Made by a program: the position numbers and the translations under genes. From NCBI GenBank assembly GCA_903813345.2, contig CAIIXF020000001.1, positions 22,878,001 to 22,942,000 on the forward strand: a stretch of 64,000 nt of DNA. The letters are read 5' to 3'. This document shows positions 53,371-64,000 of this stretch, one piece after another. The notes below the pieces were generated by a model. The model ran no database searches and had not been told where the DNA came from. It saw nothing but the letters and a program-made list of their open reading frames with translations. This stretch comes from Owenia fusiformis. Its lineage: Eukaryota. Numbering within the stretch: position 1 is the first letter of the stretch; each line of letters opens with the position of its first letter.

Positions 53371-55427
53371 TTAGTCGGTATTATGTAGAATTAGTGAAGT
53401 TTTGTTTTAAGACTCGGCCTCATAAACCAGGGTTGGAGAATAATTTTGCTATGACTTTAAGAGGAATCAAATGGCTAATAATTTTAAATATTACTTACAG
53501 TGAGCAAGTTGTATCTTTTCAGGATGCGAAAAGCATAAAAGTATATCGCATGTTTTTCTGTTTGTGTATTGTGGAAATTGCATCATAAGATTATGATGAT
53601 TTTAGTCTATCAAGAAACATATTCCTGCTGGACGGGATAATGTTATCTTTGTGATATCTTGTCTTTAAGTTTCTGATTTTGTTTTTATTGTTTTATTCTG
53701 CACTAATTGTTATATGAGATTTTGCCATGTACATGCTCGAAATAAATGGTTATTTCCCGAGCGGCAACTGGATAATGTTATGATGACGATCATAAATTGT
53801 CAAATTTAGGGTTCAATAGAGAATTGAATTGAAGCCCAGGCAAGTGGTTTTCTCAGTTTTGTAAGAAAGTACAAACTGTGGATCCTACAACGAGATTTTG
53901 TTATGACAGCCATCAATCATCAGGTTTAGTGAAATGAATACATGAGAGATTAGTCATTTATATTTGAATATAGCAATTTGTTTGTATTTGTGCAATACAT
54001 AGCGTTAAGTATGAAAATATAGAATTCTTTGGAAAATCCGAAGTAAAATGCTATTGTGCACTGAGGTGTTACCGATTTACTTTCGGAAACAAAGTCCTAG
54101 CAAGAGGGGGCGACCTGATGAAAAGGTTTTAGTAATCTTGGCAGAGTCTGAAACCCATGTTGCATTATTGATGTTAATGTTAAATCGCTAGATATGTATA
54201 ATTGTGTTATTACTTTTTGGAATTTGTCCTGCCTATTATGGAAAACATGTTAAGCCATATTTATATTCTTTCTTACTGTTCGTAAGCAATTTGCATCTTT
54301 TATTTTAAAAGACTAACCACTCAGTGCATTTTAAAGATAAAGACAAGTTTCACAAGTAACAATCAGAGATCATTTTGAAGAATAGAGAGAAAATGTAAAT
54401 AATTTCATGAAGAGTTGAAGTTGAAGAGTTGCTAGAAGAGTTGAAGAGTTGAAAAACGCTCAGTCATGAAAGACAAGTCAAGTGAAAAGTTTGTATGTTG
54501 AAGAGATAGAAAGACTAGTTACTTCTCAATGAAGAGAAATTGATGTCTTGAAGAAAATTAAATTCATGAAGAGTTTAGAACACGAAGAAGACTTGTTTAT
54601 GTCACATAGAAAAGCAAGTTAAAGACATGTTAATAAAAAATGTTTCTTAAAGACACTTTTGGAGAACTTTTTGAGAATTAAAAAATTAATTGCCCGGGAT
54701 CCCAGTAAGCGATTTCCTATGACGACCTGAAGTAGATGACGACTACCTAACCGTGAAGAAGCGATGAAGATGACCTGTGAAGGCGATGCCTATGTCTTAT
54801 GGAGATGCAGACGACGCGGATTTCGGATGGAGTGGAGCCACAGAGGATTTCGACAACTGATGAAGGAGCTGAAGATGTACGATCTCCTGTTATTATGAAC
54901 AATTCTTTTCTCCAACGAAAACGTTTATTATGAACACTGCTACAAGAAAATGGATATTTTATTATGGATTCTTCAGCGAGGATACGGACATATTCGATAA
55001 TGGACACGATGCGGACGTGCATGTGATATACGGATTATGGATATTATTTCGACTACTAAGACGGTGCATATTTTGGATTCGAAAATATTACATCGTGGAC
55101 TAGATGCACGTATTACAGCATCGCATTGGATCCAGGACTAGATACGCGGATTATAAAATCGGAACTTATTATGGTTTATTATAACGACGTTTATCAACAG
55201 GAACTACGTATGAAGCAAGGATATTTGCACGAACTCTGCGTGGATATTTCATATGGATATTGGATATGGATATGGATTATACACGAACTATGTATGCGCC
55301 ACTGTGTTAGTAAACATTCATATAGGACATTGTTAAAATATCATATACATTTATTTAGATTTTGCATATTTTCAGTTTTTTAGTACGTACAATGTCAGGA
55401 GAATTGTCATTTTATTTGGGTGGGGGT

Positions 55428-55831
55428 TGTATAGCATTTTTCATGTTGATTTACCGTATTGTGCTGCCATCTTTCAATGGGGTTCTTATAGGTTTTGTAG
55501 GGTAAGGGATTGCCTTTCATTTCCTATAACTTGGGGGTATTTAAGAGAAATTTTGGGCTTCATTCAGTAGAGAGTTAGATGGGGGGGAACATCACACATC
55601 ATTTCTTTTCATCTTATTAATCTCATTTTCATTCTTTCTTTATCTTTGAACAGTTTTATTTTATACTGAAGAGTGTAATTGTACATGTTTAGTCTTTTAC
55701 TTGGAATAAAGTATAGTTTTATGAGTATATTAATTCTGTGTTAATCTTGTCTTTTTTACATTACAAGACCAATCCATATTATTTTATGAAGAACCCACAG
55801 AGCTATTTAAACAACAAAGCTCGAAGCTTCA
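55428..55831 (+). repeat. 3' LTR
   Basis: TGTATAGC...AGCTTCA, preceded by GGGTGGGGGT (PPT) and followed by ATAG. Confidence 0.92.
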
Positions 55832-56166
55832 ATAGGATTATGAGTTGCCTTTATCCAGAATTTTTTGAAATAATAAGAATCAAGGTTGATAATGGTTCAA
55901 GACATTTTATGACCATCATTGATAAATAACTAAATCATTTCCATATTTGGATTCAAAAATGTTAAAACAGATACAAGGCGCTAGAGAATATTTTGACATC
56001 TGTATCTGTATGTATATTTACGGAACAAAATATCATCTTTATTAGTTTTTCTATATCTTTAATAGTATACAATGCACAGAACAGTTTATTGTCAGAAATC
56101 TAATATATACAGTGTTTTCCTGTTTCAAAGTTCCCGCTTTGAAAGTGACAAAGTTCAAAATGTAGT

Positions 56167-59100
56167 AACAAGGCATTAACATGACAAAATGTCACCACCT
56201 AGTTGCTCACAATATTATGAGTTCAAACTTAAGTCAGATTTGAATTTCTGAGAACTTGTAAAGTCAAATTTGAACTTCTGAAAAGATGAAGATGATTTTG
56301 AAAAAAAAATTTGGTCAATTTGAAGCAAGTTGAAAACAGACCTTTTTGACCTTTTTTGACCTTGAGAAGGTCATTAAAGGTCAAATGTCAAATCTAAAGT
56401 CAGATTTGAATTTCTGAGAACATGTAGATGATTTTGAAAAAAAAAATTAGTCAATTTGAAGCAAGTTGAAAAAAGACCTTTTTGACCTTTTTTGACCTTG
56501 ACAAGGTCATTGAAGGTCAAATGTCAAATCTAAAGTCATATTTGAATTTCTGAGAACATGTAGATGATTTTGAAAAAAAATTTAGTCAATTTGAAGCAAG
56601 ATGAAAAAATACCTTTTTGACCTTTTTTGACATTGAGAAGGTCATTGAAGGTCAAATGTCAAATCTAAAGTCAGATTTGAATTTCTGAGAACATGTAGAT
56701 GATTTTGAAAAAAAAAATTAGTCAATTTGAAGCAAGTTGAAAAAAGACCTTTTTGACCTTTTTTGACCTTGACAAGGTCATTGAAGGTCAAATGTCAAAT
56801 CTAAAGACATTATTGAATTTCTGAGAACATGTAGATGATTTTGAAAAAAAATTTAGTCAATTTGAAGCAAGATGAAAAAATACCTTTTTGACCTTTTTTG
56901 ACATTGAGAAGGTCATTGAAGGTCAAATGTCAAATCTAAAGTCAGATTTGAATTTCTGAGAACATGTAGATGATTTTGAAAAAAAATTTAGTCAATTTGA
57001 AGCAAGTTGAAAAAAGACCTTTTTGACCTTTTTTGACTTTGAGAAGGTCATTGAAGGTCAAATGTCAAATCTTAAGTCAAATCTAAAGTCAGATTTGAAT
57101 TTCTGAGAACATGTAGATGATTTTGAAAAAAAAATTTAGTCAATTTGAAGCAAGTTGAAAACAGACCTTTTTGACCTTTTTTGACCTTGAGAAGGTCATT
57201 GAAGGTCAAATGTCAAATCTTAAGTCAGATTTGAATTTCTGAGAACACGTAGATGATTTTGAAAAAAAAATTTAGTCAATTTGAAGCAAGTTGAAAACAG
57301 ACCTTTTTGACCTTTTTTGACCTTGAGAAGGTCATTGAAGGTCAAATGTCAAATCTAAAGTCAGATTTGAATTTCTGAGAACATGTAGATGATTTTGAAA
57401 AAAAAATTTAGTCAATTTGAAGCAAGTTGAAAAAAGACCTTTTTGACCTTTTTTGACTTTGAGAAGGTCATTGAAGGTCAAATGTCAAATCTTAAGTCAA
57501 ATCGAAAGTCAGATTTGAATTTCTGAGAACATGTAGATGATTTTGAAAATTTTTTTTAGTCAATTTGAAGCAAGTTGAAAACAGACCTTTTTGACCTTTT
57601 TTGACCTTGAGAAGGTCATTGAAGGTCAAATGTCAAATCTTAAGTCAGATTTGAATTTCTGAGAACACGTAGATGATTTTGAAAAAAAAATTTAGTCAAT
57701 TTGAAGCAAGTTGAAAACAGACATTTTTGACCTTTTTTGACCTTGAGAAGGTCATTGAAGGTCAAATGTCAAATCTTAAGTCAAATCTTAACTCAGATTT
57801 GAATTTCTGAGAACACTTAGATGATTTTGAAAAAAAAATTTAGTCAATTTGAAGCAAGTTGAAAACAGACCTTTTTGACCTTTTTTGACCTTGAGAAGGT
57901 CATTGAAGGTCAAATGTCAAATCTAAAGTCAGATTTGAAGGTCAAATGTCAAATCTTAAGTCAGATTTGAATTTCTGAGAACATGTAGATGATTTTGAAA
58001 AAAAATTTAGTCAATGTGAAGCAAGTTGAAAAAAGACCTTTTTGACCTTGAGAAGGTCATTGAAGGTCAAATGTCAAATCTAAAGTCAGATTTGAACTTC
58101 TGAGAACATGTAGATGATTTAGAAAAAAAATTGAAGTCAGTCTAAACAGTATTTGTTAAGTTATAGGAAGTTGTAAGAAATTGTTACAGACGCCAACCGC
58201 CGGACGCCAACCACCAACCACCAACCGCCGGACGCCGTCGCAAAAAAACGGAGACCATAACAATATGTCACCACTTTTGGTGACCTTTTTGACCTTTTTT
58301 GACCTTGAGAAGGTCATTGAAGGTCAAATGTCAAATCTTAAGTCAGATTTGAATTTCTGAGAACACGTAGATGATTTTGAAAAAAAAATTTAGTCAATTT
58401 GAAGCAAGTTGAAAACAGACCTTTTTGACCTTTTTTGACCTTGAGAAGGTCATTGAAGGTCAAATGTCAAATCTAAAGTCAGATTTGAATTTCTGAGAAC
58501 ATGTAGATGATTTTGAAAAAAAAATTTAGTCAATTTGAAGCAAGTTGAAAAAAGACCTTTTTGACCTTTTTTGACTTTGAGAAGGTCATTGAAGGTCAAA
58601 TGTCAAATCTTAAGTCAAATCGAAAGTCAGATTTGAATTTCTGAGAACATGTAGATGATTTTGAAAATTTTTTTTAGTCAATTTGAAGCAAGTTGAAAAC
58701 AGACCTTTTTGACCTTTTTTGACCTTGAGAAGGTCATTGAAGGTCAAATGTCAAATCTTAAGTCAGATTTGAATTTCTGAGAACACGTAGATGATTTTGA
58801 AAAAAAAATTTAGTCAATTTGAAGCAAGTTGAAAACAGACATTTTTGACCTTTTTTGACCTTGAGAAGGTCATTGAAGGTCAAATGTCAAATCTTAAGTC
58901 AAATCTTAACTCAGATTTGAATTTCTGAGAACACTTAGATGATTTTGAAAAAAAAATTTAGTCAATTTGAAGCAAGTTGAAAACAGACCTTTTTGACCTT
59001 TTTTGACCTTGAGAAGGTCATTGAAGGTCAAATGTCAAATCTAAAGTCAGATTTGAAGGTCAAATGTCAAATCTTAAGTCAGATTTGAATTTCTGAGAAC

Positions 59101-59403
59101 ATGTAGATGATTTTGAAAAAAAATTTAGTCAATGTGAAGCAAGTTGAAAAAAGACCTTTTTGACCTTGAGAAGGTCATTGAAGGTCAAATGTCAAATCTA
59201 AAGTCAGATTTGAACTTCTGAGAACATGTAGATGATTTAGAAAAAAAATTGAAGTCAGTCTAAACAGTATTTGTTAAGTTATAGGAAGTTGTAAGAAATT
59301 GTTACAGACGCCAACCGCCGGACGCCAACCACCAACCGCCGGACGCCGTCGCAAAAAAACGGAGACCATAACAATATGTCACCACTTTTGGTGGTGACAT
59401 AAT
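56167..59403. mobile_element. HINE/Helentron-type (pearl/CvA-like) non-autonomous element carrying a satellite array
   Basis: AACAAGG start, subterminal ATGTCACCAC (56189), about 20 monomers of ~136 bp, ACCAACC/GGACGCC micro-repeat, terminal hairpin ATGTCACCAC-TTTTG-GTGGTGACAT (59376-59400). Confidence 0.8.
56230..59260. repeat. Tandem satellite, ~135-148-bp monomer, about 20 copies
   Basis: Monomer ttgagaaggtcattgaaggtcaaatgtcaaatctaaagtcagatttgaatttctgagaacatgtagatgattttgaaaaaaaatttagtcaatttgaagcaagttgaaaacagacctttttgaccttttttgacc recurs at 56362, 56498, 56633 and onward. Confidence 0.97.
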
Positions 59404-59679
59404 AAGACAGCAACAATTACAAGTACATCCGGACATAAAGAACAACCAATCTGTGTGCATCCCAAACATATCCAAAATACAATTTGCAAAGAAACATACC
59501 CTCTGTCCATGATTCAGCCATTTTTAATTATCACAATACAACATGTGACTTAAGACCATACTCATGAGATATTTGATTTATAATATTAATGAAGTCATAT
59601 TACCTTTGCTCAAAAAAATGAAAATCTCAAAATTGAATAAGATTGGTGCATTGGTCTGATCTACATATAAAACAATATA

Positions 59680-62600
59680 TTAGCAGGACTGAATCCTGGT
59701 TACAGGCACGGAAGTATGACAGGCTTTGCAGTTAAACAATCCCCTCTCGCTACACAAATTACGTCGAAGCATCTTAAGATCTCTCAGTAGAGAAGAGTAA
59801 TCCAAAACAACAATTGTCATAAAACTTATGATCATCAGAGATATGGCGATGTACCCCATACCTTGCGCTGAAGGGCGGTCATCTGAGTTATAATAGATTT
59901 TTTCTGTAACTACATTAATTGTGGACTTTGGAGGAGCTGCGTTTGTAATGTCATCAGCGGTTGTAGTAGCCTGTGTTGTGATAGAATTGTACAATGTTGA
60001 TATATCTGTATCGGTATTTTGATTGGTCGTACTTGTATTGCCAACTGTAATTCTGGTACTCGATGGTACCGATGTTGGGTGCTGTTCAGTACTTGTATCA
60101 TAAGCATATGTGGTTGTCTCAATTGTAGGAACTGTATCACTTAAATTGACTGATAATGTACTCGCCTCTTCGCTGGGAAGATCAATGGAAGTGTTTCCCT
60201 CTGTAGATTCAGTAGTATTTGTGGTAACCTGATTAGTGGTTGTCGCAACAGTAGTATCTTCCAGTGTATGTGCTGTTATAGTAGGTACTGTAGTTTTAGA
60301 TTCATGTGTTGTAGGTGCTGTTATAGTAGGTGCTGTAGTTGTAGGTTCATGTGTTGTAGGTGATATCGTTGAAGCTGCTGTTGTTGAAGGTGCTGTCGTT
60401 GTGGCTGCTGTTGTTGATAAAATAGAAGTTGACTCCAGAGTTGAAACTGACTCAGTTGTTGGATTTGTCACATCTGTTTCTAAAATGAAAAGAATAAAAC
60501 ATGTTCGCAACAGTTCTTGTTTAGCAATCAGACTAAACAGCCCAGCCCCCCAATTATTTTAATCAGCCGACTTAATTCAACGAGACCACCAGATAGTCCA
60601 AGAATTGTTCATTTGGTATAGTTTTAATTGGTATAAATGTAGTTATATTCTTCCTCATTTATATACTGTTTGGGAGTGTCCCCAGAGCAAAGAAAAACGC
60701 TCCACATGACAAGTTTTCTTAAAAAACTTTGACTTTTCATAACGCAGTAATATTTTTCCTCGATGCATCTAGATATTCTTCCTTTTTTCTCTTCATGGAA
60801 ATATCGGAGATAAAGATGATAGCAGTTTTCTATAAACTTGATCGGACCTAGTATCCTAGTATTCCTCAAGAATTTCGGCTTTGTAAAAAGTCTAAAAAGT
60901 AACACCATTTATATGTATTGTAAAAATAACACTTTCTAATCAAAGAGGCAATTTCAAAACTTGTTTTGAAGATACACACTTACGTGGGCATGTTTTGTTA
61001 TAAAAACTGCAACAGTTGTCACTAATAGTGTCTCCATTATAAGACGTCTGCATAATACACTGGCTACTGCTTAATATAAAGTATATAGATTTGCAACTGC
61101 TGTTTCTGAGGCAGTAGTCCCTACACTCCAGCTCTGAGTTCAACGTTCCGATGGTAACACTTGCTCCACCGATGTATGCATCCGTTGAACGGACTGTGTA
61201 GCATAAATCTAAATGACAAAGGTAAAAAACAGAGAATGTATTAGTATGTCAATTGGACACCCGAAAAAGGCAACATGTAGATCTTAAAGATCTGCACAAT
61301 GTTCTTGCCATTCTCAGTAAAAAAACAAAAGCCAGCCATTTTGATTTTTTTAATTTTTCTACTGACAAAATGAATGCACATGTTTTCCCAAGTGCCAAAA
61401 AGCAAATATTTCGACTTACTCAGAACAGCCGTGATTGCATGAATCCTACCTACTATTTAAATCAATTTTACTTGGATTGGATGACATATGCAAACAAATA
61501 ATAAGATACTGTATAGATTTTTCTCGCTTGAATAACATTTTTCATATTGACTTTGAGTTGCTTTTTAATGGTATTGCCATCCGGAGGCATCAACACATAA
61601 AGTACCGATAAAGTGAATACATCGCCTACTTTTTTACTTAAAGTTAGAAAAAGATGTTCCAAATTGTGATGCATAGGTGAATCAGGATTACATGAAATAA
61701 TTGGTTCATTTGTGAGAGTGAATGGGCATCCGTCTTGAAGAGTTCATATTATATGTCTGTGATAGATGAACTTAGATGAAAAATAGTTTATTCTCGCACA
61801 AACGGATAGTAATACAATCTGCTTTACCTGTATGTACATATTTACACATGTAGAGATGACTTTCAGAACAAGCAATGTCTTCCCACTTATAAAAGTTATA
61901 CGATTTGAATGTAATGACACACGCGTCAGCCACATTGTCTGGTTGCCCTGATAACCAATGCCCGGATGCAATTGTGTACATGGTGTCATCTGACCACCGG
62001 ATATCGGATGTGGGGTCCGAGACGAAACGCCTTGCACCAAAGTACACTTTATCATAGCTGAAAACAAATAAGAATGATCTGATAATTACCAATAAATGCC
62101 AAAGGGCTGGATGGGATTGTTGCTGTAAATATTAGTAATTAGTATGAAATTGCCTGCTCCGTAATCAGAGACGAAGTTTATAGACACAGCATTTCCTGGC
62201 CCCATTGGTATGAAGGTGCTCACGATTCATCGTAAATACACATATGAGACTGACATAGTTACAACCTTCAATATGCAAAATGTTAATAACATATTATATA
62301 TTTTTCATATTTGATAATCAATTTTCATTTTAAACTGTCCGATAAACAGTTTACGTAAATGCTATTCAATATGTTGATGTTTTTAAAACAATGAAATACG
62401 AGTATGCAATAACCAAGGCACAAACTGACACCATCTAGTAAGAAATTAAAAATGGTTACAAAAAACGAACGTGTGTCACAAAAGACGGTGGCTATACAGT
62501 GTCTTAAACCGGTGTTAAAGAAATTATGGTCCCCCAGTGATTATGGTCCCCCCCCCCCCTTTAAAGGCCCTTTCTGGTCATGATTGTGTATAAAATAATG

Positions 62601-63530
62601 AGGGAAAGAGTTGTATTTAGATCACCATTGAAATCAATGGAGAGTAGGACCATAATTTGATAGGACCTCCTACCCTTTTACACCGGGACATAAAAATACA
62701 ATATCCTCGTCTTAGGCATTTATCATTTCCCAAATTATTGCTTACTTTTCAGTGAAAATAGTCTGAGGAATTTGAGCAACTAGTCGAGCAGAATCAAAGT
62801 TGAGTTGAGCCAGGATCCCACCATTCTCTTCGCAGGTTTCATTTGCTGCTGCCCAGCTCGTGGCAGGCGTCTGTGGCACGTGGTAGCACCATCGGACTTG
62901 CGTTGTGTCGTAAGTGAACGGAGTTTTTGCCATAGCTACAAACGATAGACACAAGGTCAAGGGCATACATAATGTTCATCTCTCCAACATTTAAAAAGAG
63001 AAACATCAAAGTATGTATCAAACTTTTCAAAATAACTAATTAATTCAAAATCATGTATAATTTGCTACATGTACACGATGAAGATAGTCCATGGTGCTGT
63101 TGATTTGGAATGATTTGGATTCATGAATGTGAGGAATCTCCGAATCATACTTTTTTGTTTATATGCATAAGAACATAGTTTAGGATGTAACGGGTTTGTT
63201 TTTTGTTTAGATGGTTGTCCTAATAAGATGTTCCTTTTTACTGCGTTTTGTGGGATCCTCCGAAAAAGATCACCGGTACAGTTGGCAAAATGTTTCACTT
63301 ACTATATTTATCATACGTGTAGTCATAGAAACCTGACGTTACCAGCGCCGCATCATCACATGAAGTTGTATGCAGGGTGCATAGCATGAGGTCAATGTTG
63401 TAGGTAATCGTCGTGCAGGACGTGTCAGCGCTGCACTGGTCGGCACACACAAATAATGTGCTGTTAAATGGGCCGGATAGAATTGTAGCGGAAGGGCATT
63501 TACCCCAACGCATAGAATACCCGTCAATCA
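59680..63530 (-). CDS. Type I membrane protein: PAN/apple - C-type lectin - PAN/apple - Thr-rich mucin stalk - TM (5' exons not found)
   Basis: Exons 63530-63303 (CADQCSADTSCTTITY..C.LH), 62935-62746 + 62057-61828 (CYH..SWAAANETCEENGGILA; YFG..WSD..W..GQPDN..C..WEDIAC....YMC), 61208-60984 (ECRDYCLRNSSCKSIYF..QC), 60479-59680 (T/S-rich stalk, DDRPSAQGMG, TM YIAISLMIISFMTIVVL, short tail, TAA). Splice phases are consistent. Confidence 0.87.
62511..62685. mobile_element. Inverted copy of the 9959-10114 element
   Basis: ggtgttaaagaaattatggtccccc..gagtaggaccataatttgataggacct..cccttttacacc. Confidence 0.7.
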
Positions 63531-64000
63531 CTGAAATATTAACAACAATTAGGCAGTTAAAACATGTAATCATTGGAGTGGTCATAAAGAAAGTGGAACA
63601 ATCATCTCTGTTTTGTAACGGTGTACTAAGAATAAAATAAACCGTTAACGGACAGGACAGTTTTTCCTTTTTGGGTGCAAGCAATTTCCTTTCCTATTTG
63701 GATTAAATATTTTCTTTCATTTTGAAATGTAAAGAATGAATACAAATTGCTGTTAAACGTTAAACAGAAAGCCTGCAGCTTAGTCATTTTAAATTACGTT
63801 AGAAACAGGTGTAATTGGCTTCCAGCAGGCCTAGCTACATCTTTCATAAAAACGGTGAAGTTAGCATCAATGACGTCAATGCCTCAAATGTGTACAAAAA
63901 GGTTTTTAATTGAGCATTCTAAGCAGCTAGAGTTATTTTTATTATAGAAGGATAAAGCCGTGTGTGCATTTATAGACCAATTAGAGTATATCACATTGTT

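Larger units (their letters stand above)
50058..55831 (+). mobile_element. Non-autonomous Gypsy-like LTR retrotransposon (LARD-like), about 5.8 kb
   Basis: Near-identical direct repeats at 50058-50443 and 55428-55831 (TG..CA on the 3' copy). ATAG flanks both ends (4-bp TSD). PBS at 50445, G-rich PPT just before the 3' LTR. No long internal ORF. Confidence 0.92.

Noticed and set aside
14531-60562. Many + strand ORFs over the minus-strand genes (e.g. 14531, 18056, 22640, 29435, 37596, 60236)
   Set aside because: Antisense shadows of real exons with no independent domain or splice support.
63531-64000. Signal-peptide exon of the lectin gene
   Set aside because: No ATG plus hydrophobic segment plus donor found; probably beyond the window.

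Overview
AT-rich, intron-rich animal genomic DNA. The repeat families and protein families suggest a mollusc or other lophotrochozoan (inference). Three spliced genes were traced by hand. (1) + strand 2397-8614: 3' part of a DUF7044/DUF7042/DUF7043-type Cys-rich surface protein with a GPI-like tail. (2) - strand 46569-13891: a complete, roughly 65-exon gene for a secreted protein of about 3,900 aa (signal peptide, 4 MAM, about 44 TSP1, 3 vWA domains). Its centre is a recently expanded array of 17 near-identical phase-1/1 TSP1 exon+intron units, interleaved with stop-codon-carrying decoy exon stubs. (3) - strand 63530-59680, 5' end not found: a PAN / C-type lectin (QPD) / PAN / mucin stalk / TM membrane protein. 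Introns and intergenic DNA hold many transposons: a young non-autonomous LTR element (tRNA-Leu PBS, PPT, TSD, no intact ORFs), a Helentron-associated (HINE)-type element carrying a ~136-bp satellite plus its satellite-free relative, a LINE 3' fragment, a 3-kb CACTG-ended element and several MITE families. Most short ORFs in the track are antisense or intron read-through artefacts. All coordinates were read by eye and may be off by a few nt.
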